Shown here one piece after another: positions 1-8,559 of a stretch of 64,000 nucleotides of DNA. The stretch covers positions 6,813 to 70,812 of the forward strand of contig CAXMOD010000119.1 of assembly GCA_964194905.1 (NCBI GenBank). Reading direction: 5' to 3'. The notes under the pieces are model-generated. The model made no database searches. It was given only the letters and a program-made list of their open reading frames with translations, and was not told where the DNA came from. Source of the DNA: an uncultured Desulfobacterales bacterium. Lineage in GTDB: Bacteria; Myxococcota_A; UBA9160; JAFDET01. Each line of letters opens with the position of its first letter. Position 1 is the stretch's first letter. A program made the position numbers and the translations under genes.

Positions 1-617
1 ACCATGAGCGCAGCGTGCGGCTCCGCGTCGACGCATCCGAGGGCGCGCGCGTAGGCGTCGCGCTCGGGCTTGCCCACGCCCTCCTCGCCCTCGATCTGCA
101 CGTGGTCGAAGAAGCGCGCCAGGCCAAAGCGTTCCATCTTGCGTCGCTGTGGCTCCGAAGCGCCGTTGGTGAGGAGCACCATGCACGGGAAGCGCCGGCG
201 CAGCTCTGCGAGCACCTCGAGAGCACCCGCCTCGAGGCGTTGTGTCGAGTCGCGGTGCCTCTGATACTCGACGGCGGCGTGGGCCACGAGCGCGGGATCG
301 TCGTGGCCCAGCCCCTCGAGCACGCGCCCGAGGATCGCGCGCCGCGCCGCGAGCAGGTCGAGGCGACCGCTGCGGTGCCGCTCCTCATCGGACCAGAACC
401 AGTCCGTGACGCGATCGATCTGCGCCCGCGCCGTCCCTTCGGAGAGCGCCGGACAACCCTCCGCCAACACCACGGCAATGTGGTCCCACGCGGCGGAGAC
501 TCCGCTGCGGTTGTCCAGGATGGTGTCGTCGAGGTCGAGCACCAGGGCCTGAAGTTCGCTGCCATCCGGTAGACGGGGGGGTAGGCGGGGGGGTACACGG
601 GGCGGGAGACCGGGCAT
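1..617 (-). CDS. HAD-superfamily hydrolase (partial; 3' end runs off the left edge)
   Basis: Absent from the ORF track because no stop lies in the window. Reverse-complement translation reads MPGLPPRVPPRLPPRLPDGSELQALVLDLDDTILDN...CMVLLTNGASEPQRRKMERFGLARFFDHVQIEGEEGVGKPERDAY. HAD motif I (DLDDT), motif II (LLTNG) and the motif III Lys (GKP) are present. The start is uncertain: ATG at 617, or an in-frame GTG/CTG closer to DLDDT. Confidence 0.7.
   Translation of the reverse strand, partial: MPGLPPRVPPRLPPRLPDGSELQALVLDLDDTILDNRSGVSAAWDHIAVVLAEGCPALSEGTARAQIDRVTDWFWSDEERHRSGRLDLLAARRAILGRVLEGLGHDDPALVAHAAVEYQRHRDSTQRLEAGALEVLAELRRRFPCMVLLTNGASEPQRRKMERFGLARFFDHVQIEGEEGVGKPERDAYARALGCVDAEPHAALM
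575..614 (+). repeat. G-run cluster (G7-N5-G7-N5-G4-N1-G3-N5-G3), potential G-quadruplex in the HAD/thiI divergent region
   Basis: Read directly: gggggggtaggcgggggggtacacggggcgggagaccggg. If the HAD ATG at 617 is used, the same bases encode the repetitive PPRVPPRLPPRLP tract on the minus strand. Confidence 0.4.
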
Positions 618-653
618 GAGGCCGTGCAGGGTAGCTGGCCATCCAACGTGGGG

Positions 654-659
654 TAGCCT
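654..659 (+). promoter_or_regulatory. -10-like box TAGCCT, 6 nt upstream of the thiI GTG (leaderless candidate)
   Basis: TAGCCT-cgccc... spacing was read from the sequence. There is no Shine-Dalgarno between the box and the start. Confidence 0.3.
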
Positions 660-665
660 CCGCCC

Positions 666-2168
666 GTGGACCCCGCCTTCCCTCACACCTTCCTCGTGCG
701 CCTCTCCGGCGAGCTCAGCACCAAGGCGCGCTACACGCGCGGGCAGTTCGTGCACCGGCTGCGCGACAACCTGCGCGACGCGTTCGGGTCCGAGGGCATC
801 CCCGCCCACGTCCGGTCGACCCGCGCGCGCATCTACGTGGACGCCGCGTCCCCCGATGCCGGCGCTGTAGCCACCCGCGTCTTCGGCGTGTCGAGCGTCT
901 CGCCCGCCGAGCGGCTGGCGAATACCGACCTGGAGGGCCTGGTGGCCGCGGGCGTGGAACGCTTCGCTCCGGCCGTGCGCGGTCGCCGCTTCGCCGTGCG
1001 CGCGCGCCGCGTGGGCGACCGCGAGCACATCGCCACCGCGCCCCGCCACTTGGAGCGCGAGCTCGGCGCGGCACTGCTCGCGGACTCCGCAGGTGTGGAC
1101 CTGACGAACCCCGAGGTGACCGCGTCGTTCGAGCTGCACGCGGACGAGAGCTTCCTGTTCGACGAGCGCCTGACGGGACCGGCCGGGCTGCCGCTCGGTG
1201 TGGAGGGTCGGGCCGTGGCGCTGGTGTCGGGCGGCTTCGATTCCGCAGTGGCGGTCTGGAAGATGGCCCGCCGCGGCGTCGCCCAGCACTGGGTGTTCTG
1301 CAACCTGGGTGGCGCCAGCCACCAGGTCGGGGTGCTGCGCGTAATGAAGGTGCTGGCCGACCGCTGGAGCTACGGCACGCGTCCGCGCCTCCACGCCGTG
1401 GACTTCGAGGACGTGGCCCGGGAACTGCGCGAGCGCACGCAGACGCGCTACTGGCAGGTGCTGCTGAAGCGGCGCATGCTGCGCGCCGCCGAGGCCGTCG
1501 CACGCGAGGTTCGGGGCGAAGCGATCATCACCGGCGATGCGGTCGGCCAGGTCTCGTCCCAGACACTCACCAACCTCGCCAGCATCTCACCCGCGGCGCA
1601 GCTGCCCATCCTGAGGCCCCTGGTCGGGAGCAACAAGGACGAGATCATCGCCTGGGCGACGCACATCGGAACCGCTCCGCTCTCAGCGGTGGTCGACGAG
1701 TACTGCGCGATGGTGCCGCGCAAGCCGGCTACGGCCGCGTCGCTGGCGGTGGTGAACGAGCAGGAGGCGGCCCTCGACCCCGCGCTGTTGGAGCGCGCGG
1801 TGGCGGAGCGGACCGTGTTCGACCTGCGCGCCCTCGACGTGGAGCGCATCGCGATCCCGGAGCTCGAGATGGACACGGTGCCCGACGACGCCGTCGTGAT
1901 CGACCTGCGCGGGCGCGCGGCCTACGACGCCTGGCACTGGCCCGACGCGCTGCATCTGGACTTCGACCGCGCCCGGGCCTCCTACCCCGCCTTCGACCGC
2001 GAGCCCACCTACGTGCTGGTCTGCGAGTTTGCGCTGAAGAGCGCGCACCTGGCGGAGCGCATGCGCGAGGCCGGGCTGCGCGCCTGGAACTTCTCCGGCG
2101 GTTTCGACGGCCTGCTGCGTCACGCCGAGGCCAAGGGCCTGACCGACCGCGCGCTCCTCGGGCTCTAG
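666..2168 (+). CDS. thiI: tRNA 4-thiouridine synthase ThiI (THUMP + PP-loop ATPase + C-terminal rhodanese)
   Basis: 500 aa ORF. N-terminal FLVRLSGELSTKARYTR (ThiI/THUMP), PP-loop ALVSGGFDSAVA, and a C-terminal rhodanese-like VIDLRGRAAYDAWHWPDALHL...YVLVCEFALKSAHLAE with an active-site Cys. Confidence 0.9.
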   Translation: MDPAFPHTFLVRLSGELSTKARYTRGQFVHRLRDNLRDAFGSEGIPAHVRSTRARIYVDAASPDAGAVATRVFGVSSVSPAERLANTDLEGLVAAGVERFAPAVRGRRFAVRARRVGDREHIATAPRHLERELGAALLADSAGVDLTNPEVTASFELHADESFLFDERLTGPAGLPLGVEGRAVALVSGGFDSAVAVWKMARRGVAQHWVFCNLGGASHQVGVLRVMKVLADRWSYGTRPRLHAVDFEDVARELRERTQTRYWQVLLKRRMLRAAEAVAREVRGEAIITGDAVGQVSSQTLTNLASISPAAQLPILRPLVGSNKDEIIAWATHIGTAPLSAVVDEYCAMVPRKPATAASLAVVNEQEAALDPALLERAVAERTVFDLRALDVERIAIPELEMDTVPDDAVVIDLRGRAAYDAWHWPDALHLDFDRARASYPAFDREPTYVLVCEFALKSAHLAERMREAGLRAWNFSGGFDGLLRHAEAKGLTDRALLGL

Positions 2169-2677
2169 CGGGCGCGTTGCTGCTGGCGCATCGCGGCGCG
2201 CTGGTCCGGCGTGAGGTTCCGGTAGCGCTCGCGGATGTTCGCGCGCTGCTCGGTCGACATGGCTTGCCAACGCTCGGCGTTGCGGCGGATGCGCTCGCGA
2301 TCTTTCGGAGGGCGCTCGCGGAAGCTCTGCATCCGATCGCGGAGCTCCTTCTGCTCGGCAGGCGGGAGCCGGCGGAAGCGCGCCACGCGTTCGGCCATCG
2401 CCTTGCGCTCCTCGGCGGGGAGGCGCGCCAGCTCGCGACGCAGGGCCTGGCGCTTGTCGTCCTCGGAGAGCGAGCCCAGCCACTCGCGCGCCCGCCGCCG
2501 GTCCTCCGGCGGAAGCTCGTGCAGCCAGCTGCGCCAGTTCTTGCCCGGCTCCGGCAGCTCGATTCCCGCCGGCGGCCGCGGCGCATCCTCGCCTTGCGCG
2601 CGCACGGGCGCAGCCGTCCCTGCCAGGAGCAGCAGGAACGCGACGACGGCCCACGCGCGCAGAAGGCTTCGCTTCAT
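2165..2677 (-). CDS. Secreted DUF3106-like repeat protein
   Basis: ORF 2165..2968 trimmed to ATG 2677 (MKRSLLRAWAVVAFLLLLAGTAAPVRA, signal peptide). About six degenerate LPxE(E/D)R...R(W/F) repeats follow. The ATG overlaps the anti-sigma stop (ATGA). Confidence 0.7.
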   Translation of the reverse strand: MKRSLLRAWAVVAFLLLLAGTAAPVRAQGEDAPRPPAGIELPEPGKNWRSWLHELPPEDRRRAREWLGSLSEDDKRQALRRELARLPAEERKAMAERVARFRRLPPAEQKELRDRMQSFRERPPKDRERIRRNAERWQAMSTEQRANIRERYRNLTPDQRAAMRQQQRAR

Positions 2678-3246
2678 CAGCTCTCCAGCTCCTCCAACAG
2701 CTCGAGGATCTCCAGGTCCTCCAGCGTCTCGAGCTCCATGACCAGCAGGATTTCCTCGGCGCTGGTGTCGCCCAGGCCGACCAGATGATCGCCGGGCGGC
2801 TCCGTGGTAGGCACCGGCGCGAGCGGCCCGACCCCCGGCGACTCGGGCACGCGTGCCACCTGTGGAGCGCGCACCGTCTCGGGCGCGGAACCCACGCCCG
2901 GCCCCAGGTAGAGCGCCAGCGCGGCGCCGGCCGCCGCTGCGGCGAGAGCGCTGCCCACCACGAGCCAACGGCGTCGCGGACGCGGCGCGCCGATTCCCGG
3001 ACGTGGGCCGGATTCTTCGGCCTCCGCCTGCGCCCTCACTCGTGCCAGCAAGTCGGCGGGTACCGCCGGCTCGGGTACCGCGCGCAACATTTCGTCCACT
3101 CGGGCCAGCTCGTCCAGGCGCCGACGCAGCTCCGGTGAGCGCGCCACGCGCGCGCGCAGCGCCTCGGTCGCAGCATTCGGTTCGCCGTCGAGCAACGCCG
3201 AGAGCGCCTCGTCCAGCCGTTCGTCGCGGGGATCGCGTTCGCTCAT
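2677..3246 (-). CDS. Single-pass anti-sigma factor
   Basis: ORF 2677..3408 trimmed to ATG 3246, which overlaps the sigma-factor stop (ATGA). N-terminal LDEALSALLDGEPN anti-sigma helix, TM segment RRWLVVGSALAAAAAGAALALYLG, and an acidic Leu/Glu-rich C-terminal tail ELETLEDLEILELLEELES. Confidence 0.7.
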   Translation of the reverse strand: MSERDPRDERLDEALSALLDGEPNAATEALRARVARSPELRRRLDELARVDEMLRAVPEPAVPADLLARVRAQAEAEESGPRPGIGAPRPRRRWLVVGSALAAAAAGAALALYLGPGVGSAPETVRAPQVARVPESPGVGPLAPVPTTEPPGDHLVGLGDTSAEEILLVMELETLEDLEILELLEELES

Positions 3247-3857
3247 TCCTCTTCCCCTTCTTCCGCTTGCCTCAATCCGTCGGGCATCGCAAGGGTCCGG
3301 GCCAGGGCGACCCGCGCGCGATGCACCAGCGCCTTGACCGACTTCGGGGTCGTGTCGAGGCTCTCTGCAACCTGTGCGTACGAGAGCCCCTCCACCGCCG
3401 CCAGCCACAGCGCGCTGCGCTGGCGCTCGGGAAGCTCGGCCAAGGCCGCCTCCACGTCACGGCCCAGGCGGCGCGCGTCGGCCACGCGGTCGGGGCCGGG
3501 CTCGTCGGTCACCAGCAGCGCGGCGGCGCCCCCCGTGTCGTCGTCGCGGCTCTCGTGGAATCGCTTTCGGTAGGGGCGGCGCAGCTCGTTCAGCGCGAGG
3601 CGGGTCGCGATCGTGTAGAGCCAGGTGGAGAACTTCGCCTCCGGCCGGTAGCTCTCCCGCGCGCGATGCACCCGCACGAACACCTCTTGCGCCAGCTCCT
3701 CGGCGCAGGCCGCGTCCCGAACCATCCGTTCCAGGTAGTGCAGGACCCGCCCGGTCCAACGCCCGAAGAGCTCGTCGAAAGCGGAGACGTCGCCGTCGCG
3801 GAAGGCAAGCATCAAACGGACGTCGTCGTCCTCCTGCGCGCGCGCGCGAGCCTCCAT
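3243..3857 (-). CDS. ECF-type RNA polymerase sigma-70 family factor
   Basis: Region 2 (FDELF...ELAQEVFVRVH...FSTWLYTIATRLALN) and region 4 (LPERQRSALWLAAVEGLSYAQVAESLDTTPKSVKALVHRAR). The track starts at TTG 3860; the adjacent ATG at 3857 is preferred. Confidence 0.9.
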   Translation of the reverse strand: MEARARAQEDDDVRLMLAFRDGDVSAFDELFGRWTGRVLHYLERMVRDAACAEELAQEVFVRVHRARESYRPEAKFSTWLYTIATRLALNELRRPYRKRFHESRDDDTGGAAALLVTDEPGPDRVADARRLGRDVEAALAELPERQRSALWLAAVEGLSYAQVAESLDTTPKSVKALVHRARVALARTLAMPDGLRQAEEGEEE

Positions 3858-3943
3858 CAAGGATGAAACCCCCGGAATCGCGATGGGTTGCGGTAGCCCC
3901 AGCGTCCCCTCGGGGCCCCGACTTGAGCGCCGGTGTCGAGCGC

Positions 3944-4765
3944 TTAGAGCGGCGGGAGCCCGTTCAGAAAGGCCAGGAGGGCCTGATTGAAGGCCTCCTC
4001 TGCTTCGATGTTGGCGATGTGGCCGGCGCCCGCCACCACTACATGGGTGGCCGCGGGGAGGCGGGCCGCCATCACCTCGCCGGCCCGCAGGTAGGCGGCA
4101 TCGTCCGCGCCCACCAGCACGAGAGCAGGGACGGAGATCTCACCCAGCCGGTCGATCACCGGGGGCGCCGGTCCGGCGACCCGGACACCGAACTCCGCCA
4201 CCGCCCCCGGATCCTGGGCCTCGATGGCGGCGGCGGCCGCCCGCGCCGCGGGCAGCTCGGGGCGGCGGCCGATCGAGGTGCTCGCAGCCTTGCCGGTGGT
4301 GAGCGCCGCCATGCCCTTGGCGCGCAGGATCTCGCCGGTGCGCTGCACCTGCGCCTGCCAACGCGCGGCCGCTTCGGGCTTCTTGAAGCCGGGGCCGCTG
4401 TCGAGGAGCACGAGGGCGTGCACTCGCTCGGGATGGGACAGCGCAAAGTGCAGCGATACGAGGCCGCCCAGGGAAAGCCCCCCCACCACGGCGCGCTCGC
4501 CCGGCGCCAGCGCGTCGAGCACGCAGCCGAGATCGTCCACGACCTGCTCGATCGAGTAGCCGTCCGGATCGGCTGGCGCCTCGGAGCGACCGTGTCCCCG
4601 GTAGTCCCACAGGACCACCCGGAAGCCGGCCTCGACCAGCGGAGCGACCTGCGGTCGGAAGTTCTCGCGGGTCGTCGCGTAGCCGCACGAGAGCACCACG
4701 GGCGTGCCGGTGCCGTGCGCTTCTGCGTCGAGCCGTAGTCCGTCGGAGGCGCGGACCTCGCTCAA
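3944..4765 (-). CDS. Alpha/beta-fold hydrolase
   Basis: 273 aa. Contains HG-type VVLSCGY, RGHGRS, the nucleophile elbow GLSLGG and a C-terminal AGHIANIE His. The TTG start overlaps the stop of the upstream SRPBCC gene (TTGA). Confidence 0.85.
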   Translation of the reverse strand: MSEVRASDGLRLDAEAHGTGTPVVLSCGYATTRENFRPQVAPLVEAGFRVVLWDYRGHGRSEAPADPDGYSIEQVVDDLGCVLDALAPGERAVVGGLSLGGLVSLHFALSHPERVHALVLLDSGPGFKKPEAAARWQAQVQRTGEILRAKGMAALTTGKAASTSIGRRPELPAARAAAAAIEAQDPGAVAEFGVRVAGPAPPVIDRLGEISVPALVLVGADDAAYLRAGEVMAARLPAATHVVVAGAGHIANIEAEEAFNQALLAFLNGLPPL

Positions 4766-5184
4766 GCCCGTCCCAGCCGCTCTCGCAGCGCCGCAGCCAT
4801 CGACTCGAGCTGGTCCTTCATCGGACCCCTGATGGTGAACTCCGGCACCAGCGGCCTGGTGCGACCCTCCATGCGGATCTCGATGCGCGTGCCGTCGCCT
4901 CTCTCGTCGAAAGTCACCTCGCCGCGCAGCTCACGCCACACGTTGCCGTCGCACACCTTCTCGAAGCGCAAGTTGCCGTCCATGAGGAAGTCGAAGTGGA
5001 ACGTCGCCGTGCCCTCTCGACCCAACGCGGTGTAGTGCGACGCGGTGGTCACGCGATCGCCCTTGCGGTCGATCACCTCGGTCTCGCTGTCCGGGAAGAG
5101 GCCCAGCAACGTCTCCTCCTCCGCCACCAACTCCACCGCGCGATCCCGTTCGCACGCGACGTCGAACCCCTTCTCGAGCTTCAT
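4762..5184 (-). CDS. SRPBCC/START-like small protein
   Basis: 140 aa with clean amino-acid composition. Its ATG overlaps the sppA stop (ATGA). The fold assignment rests on overall pattern only. Confidence 0.65.
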   Translation of the reverse strand: MKLEKGFDVACERDRAVELVAEEETLLGLFPDSETEVIDRKGDRVTTASHYTALGREGTATFHFDFLMDGNLRFEKVCDGNVWRELRGEVTFDERGDGTRIEIRMEGRTRPLVPEFTIRGPMKDQLESMAAALRERLGRA

Positions 5185-6896
5185 CAGCGGATCTCCACCG
5201 CCATGGGCGGAAGGAGCAGCGGCGCGTTCACCGGAAGCGCCTCCAACCAGGCCAGGGTCTGGCGCACGGGGCCCGGCAGCGGCAGGCCGGGACCGGCGGC
5301 GCGCACCATCGCGCCGCTGAGCATCTGGGCCAGCTGGGTGGCCAACGGCTGGGGCGGTGGATAGACCACCAACCCCACATCCGCGTCGGCGTCCATGTCC
5401 AGTTCCTTGCGCACGCGCGCCACCGCTGCGTGCAGGCCGCCGAGTTCATCCACCAGGCCGTGCTCGAGCGCCTGCTCGCCCGTCCACACGCGCCCGCGCG
5501 CCACCTTGTCCAGGGCGGCGCGCTCGACACCGCGGCCCGCGACCACGCGGTCGAGGAAGAGCTGGTAGGTGCGCTCCACCTCCTCGCCGAGGCGTTTGCG
5601 CTGCACGTCGTCGAGGGCCACCGACGTCGTGAATAGACGCGCACCGTCGCCGCGGGTCAGCACCTCGGTGGCGATGCCCAGCTTCTCGTAGAGGCGGGCG
5701 AGCACCGGGCGCACCATCAACACGCCGATGGAGCCGGTCACGGTGCCGGGCTGCGCCACGATGGCGTCGGCCCCGCAAGCCACGTAGTAGCCACCCGACG
5801 CCGCCACGTCGGAGAACGACACCACCACCGGCTTGTTCTCGCGTGCCAGCTGGGTTGCGTGCCACACCTCGTCCGAGGCGAGCGCCGAACCGCCGGGGCT
5901 GTCGATCCGGAAGAGGATGGCCTGGATGCTGTCGTCCGCGGCGGCCTCGTCGATGGCCCGCGCCACCGTGCGCCCCGCCAGCACCGGCGCGCCCCGCCGG
6001 GTGCGCTGCGCGTCTCCCGTGACCACGTTGCCGCTTCCGTAGACCAGGGCCACCCGCGCCTTCGGGTCGAAGCCGACCGCGGCGGGGTCGACCGCCGCCC
6101 ACTCCTCCTCTGTCACCAGCGTGCGGTCGCCCAGCGCGCTCATCACGTCCGAGAGGAAGCCGATGTGGTCGATCAGACCGGCCTCCTTCAGATCGGCCGG
6201 CGCGGCGGGAGCCTGGTCCACGAGCGCGCGCACGGTGGCGGGATCGAGTCGGCGGGATTCGGCGATGCCGTTCACGAACTGGGAGTCGATCGAGTCGAGC
6301 AGCCAGTCGGCCATCTCACGAGCGGGCTCGGACATGCCGCGACCCGCCAGCATGTCGGCAGCCGTCTTGTGGGGGCCGACGCGCTCCACCTCGAGGTCGA
6401 TGCCCACCTTGTCGAACAGGCCACCCAGGTACATGTACTCGGCGGCCAGGCCGACGAAGGGGATGCGCGTGCCGGGCGACGCCCAGACCTCATCGGCCGC
6501 ACTCGCGATGTAGTAGGGAACGTTGGCGGCGATGGGCTCGATTTCCACGTAGGCCACGGTCTTGCGGCCCGCCTCGCGCAGGCGGGCGAGCGAGGCGCGC
6601 ACCTCCTGGGCCTTGGCCCAGCCCATCTGCACGGGACCGATGCGCAACACCACGGCCGAGATGCGCGGGTCGCGCTCGGCCTTGCGCAGGTTCGAGTAGA
6701 GGCGCAGGAACGGAGTACCCGTCTCGCCGAGCAGGCGCGCCAAAACGGGCGGCTCCGGGGCTTCGAAGTACTCGCCCTCCACGTCGAGGAGCAGGACGCT
6801 ACCCGCCGCGATCTCGGGGGAGGACTCGCGGAAGAACACGGTCCAGACTCCCGCGATCAGGACCGCGACGATGAGCAGGCGAACGATCACGCGCAT
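5184..6896 (-). CDS. sppA: Signal peptide peptidase SppA, 67K (two-domain) type
   Basis: ORF 5184..6968 trimmed to ATG 6896 (MRVIVRLLIVAVLIAGVW, TM anchor), which is preceded by GGAG 5 nt upstream. Two ClpP/crotonase-like halves are present: IDSPGGSALASDEVW and SFSDVAASGGYYVACGAD...GSIGV. Confidence 0.9.
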   Translation of the reverse strand: MRVIVRLLIVAVLIAGVWTVFFRESSPEIAAGSVLLLDVEGEYFEAPEPPVLARLLGETGTPFLRLYSNLRKAERDPRISAVVLRIGPVQMGWAKAQEVRASLARLREAGRKTVAYVEIEPIAANVPYYIASAADEVWASPGTRIPFVGLAAEYMYLGGLFDKVGIDLEVERVGPHKTAADMLAGRGMSEPAREMADWLLDSIDSQFVNGIAESRRLDPATVRALVDQAPAAPADLKEAGLIDHIGFLSDVMSALGDRTLVTEEEWAAVDPAAVGFDPKARVALVYGSGNVVTGDAQRTRRGAPVLAGRTVARAIDEAAADDSIQAILFRIDSPGGSALASDEVWHATQLARENKPVVVSFSDVAASGGYYVACGADAIVAQPGTVTGSIGVLMVRPVLARLYEKLGIATEVLTRGDGARLFTTSVALDDVQRKRLGEEVERTYQLFLDRVVAGRGVERAALDKVARGRVWTGEQALEHGLVDELGGLHAAVARVRKELDMDADADVGLVVYPPPQPLATQLAQMLSGAMVRAAGPGLPLPGPVRQTLAWLEALPVNAPLLLPPMAVEIR

Positions 6897-6960
6897 GGGG
6901 ACTCCATCGGCTCCATCGGCGGAGGAGCCTCGGCGGGACGCTAGGCTATCATGCGCCGCC

Positions 6961-8559
6961 ATGCCCAAGGAGGTCTACGTCGCGGGCGTCGGCCTCACCA
7001 AGGTCGATCTCACCGGCCGCATCTTCGCCACGGTGTTCGACCTCTTCGCCGAAGCCTGCCAGCGCGCGTTCCGCGACTCCCCGGTGCGCGCCTTCGACGC
7101 GCTCCAGATCGGCATCATGGGCACCGAGGAATTCGAGAATCGCGCGAACATCGCGGCGAAGGTGGCCGACCGGCTCGGATTGGTGGGCGTGCCCGCCGTG
7201 CGCAGCGAGACCGCATCGTCGTCCGGCGCCGCCGCCTTCCACGAGGCGTACTACAAGGTCGCTTCCGGCGAGTGCGAGAACGTGCTGGTGGTGGCCGGCG
7301 AACGCATGAAGACGGTCACCACCGAGGTAGCCACCACCGTCATGTCCAAGACGGTCGATCCGGTGGAGCGCCGCTTCGGCTTCACGATGCCCGCCCTGAT
7401 CGCGCTGATCACCCAGGCCTGGCTGCGGGAACGACGCGTGAAGAGCGAGCGCGTGCCCGAGGTGTTCTCGCGCCTCATGGTCCGCGCCCACGCGCTCGGC
7501 GCAGAGAATCCGCTGGCTGCATTCCACGGGCGGCCCGAGCCACGCAGCGCCTACTTCGACGCGGAGCGCAACCTGCCCGTCGCCACCCCGCTGATGCGCA
7601 AGGACTGCTCGCCCATCTGCGACGGCGCCGCGGCGCTGATCCTCACCTCACGCCCACAGGCAGTGCGGGTGGCGGGCCTGGGCTCGGCGACGGAGACCTC
7701 CTCCATCCTCGACCGCGGTTCCTTGTCGTGCCTGGAAGCCACCCGCCAGGCCGCCCAGGTCGCCTATTGGCGCGCCGGCATCGCCAACCCGCGCGACGTC
7801 GAGGGTCTGGTGGTGGAGGCCCACGACGCCTTCAACAGCCTGCTTCCCATCGGCCTCGCCGACCTCGGACTCGTCGACCCGGAGGACGCCATCGAGGCGC
7901 TAGTGGGCTCACTGCGCGAGGAGCCCGGCGATCCCCTCGAGCACCCGGTCACAGGAGTCGGCGGTCCGTTGCCGACCAACCTGTCGGGGGGGCTCAAGGC
8001 GCGCGGCCATCCCGTGGGTGGGACCGGTCTCTTCCAGATCGCCGAAACCTACCTCCAGATCACCCAGCGCTTTCCCAACTCCGCCGCCCAGGTACGCGGC
8101 GCGAAGATCGGTCTGGCCCATTCCATCGGCGGCCCGGGCAACAACGTCTACGTGACGCTCCTCGAGGCGACGGGATCGCGGCGCCAGCGTTCCGTGGCGC
8201 CGCCGCCGCGGCTCCAGTTCGAGCCGCGCTTCGAGCCGGGTGACGCCGAAGCAAGCACCCTGCACGGCGCGAGCGCCGTGGTGGAGGGAGTGACGACCAT
8301 TCACGTCACCGGCCAGGAGGATCCGGAGCCGGTCCACGTGGCGCTGCTCTCCATCGCGGGGCGCCGGGTATTCGCCACCCTCGACCACGAGCCGGCGGAA
8401 GACGAGTCGCTGGAGGATCTGCTGGGCGGTCGGCGCGTGCGCTTGCTGGTGAAGGACGACGGCGGCCACTATTTCCAGATCCCGCGCGGCCGCGGCTTCG
8501 ACGTGGGGCGCCTGGTGAAAGCGATCCGCCAGCGCGTGACCGGCGGCGAGGCGGCCTAG
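6961..8559 (+). CDS. Thiolase-superfamily protein (SCP-x/archaeal-thiolase-like) fused to a C-terminal DUF35-like OB domain; nucleophile Cys replaced by Ser
   Basis: ORF 6871..8559 trimmed to ATG 6961 (MPKEVYVAGVGLTKV). Thiolase motifs CDGAAALIL, GHPVGGTG and SIGGPGNN are present. The nucleophile position reads ETA-S86-SSGAAAF (TCG at 7216-7218). The C-terminal ~130 aa (GASAVVEGVTTIHVTG...VALLSIAGRRVFATL...GRRVRLLVKDDGGHYFQIP) fit the DUF35 OB pattern and lack a Cys4 Zn ribbon. Confidence 0.8.
   Translation: MPKEVYVAGVGLTKVDLTGRIFATVFDLFAEACQRAFRDSPVRAFDALQIGIMGTEEFENRANIAAKVADRLGLVGVPAVRSETASSSGAAAFHEAYYKVASGECENVLVVAGERMKTVTTEVATTVMSKTVDPVERRFGFTMPALIALITQAWLRERRVKSERVPEVFSRLMVRAHALGAENPLAAFHGRPEPRSAYFDAERNLPVATPLMRKDCSPICDGAAALILTSRPQAVRVAGLGSATETSSILDRGSLSCLEATRQAAQVAYWRAGIANPRDVEGLVVEAHDAFNSLLPIGLADLGLVDPEDAIEALVGSLREEPGDPLEHPVTGVGGPLPTNLSGGLKARGHPVGGTGLFQIAETYLQITQRFPNSAAQVRGAKIGLAHSIGGPGNNVYVTLLEATGSRRQRSVAPPPRLQFEPRFEPGDAEASTLHGASAVVEGVTTIHVTGQEDPEPVHVALLSIAGRRVFATLDHEPAEDESLEDLLGGRRVRLLVKDDGGHYFQIPRGRGFDVGRLVKAIRQRVTGGEAA

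Noticed and set aside
15-572. 185-aa plus-strand ORF at the left edge
   Set aside because: It lies antisense to a clean HAD-hydrolase reading frame (DLDDT, GKP motifs). Its own sequence is Ala/Arg/Val/His-rich with no motif. It is a typical GC-rich shadow ORF.
6871-6968. Extended N-termini of the thiolase-like ORF (from 6871) and sppA (to 6968), which would overlap head-to-head
   Set aside because: The extensions are low-complexity. The conserved N-termini begin at ATG 6961 and at ATG 6896 (which has GGAG upstream). Trimming restores a 64-bp divergent promoter region.
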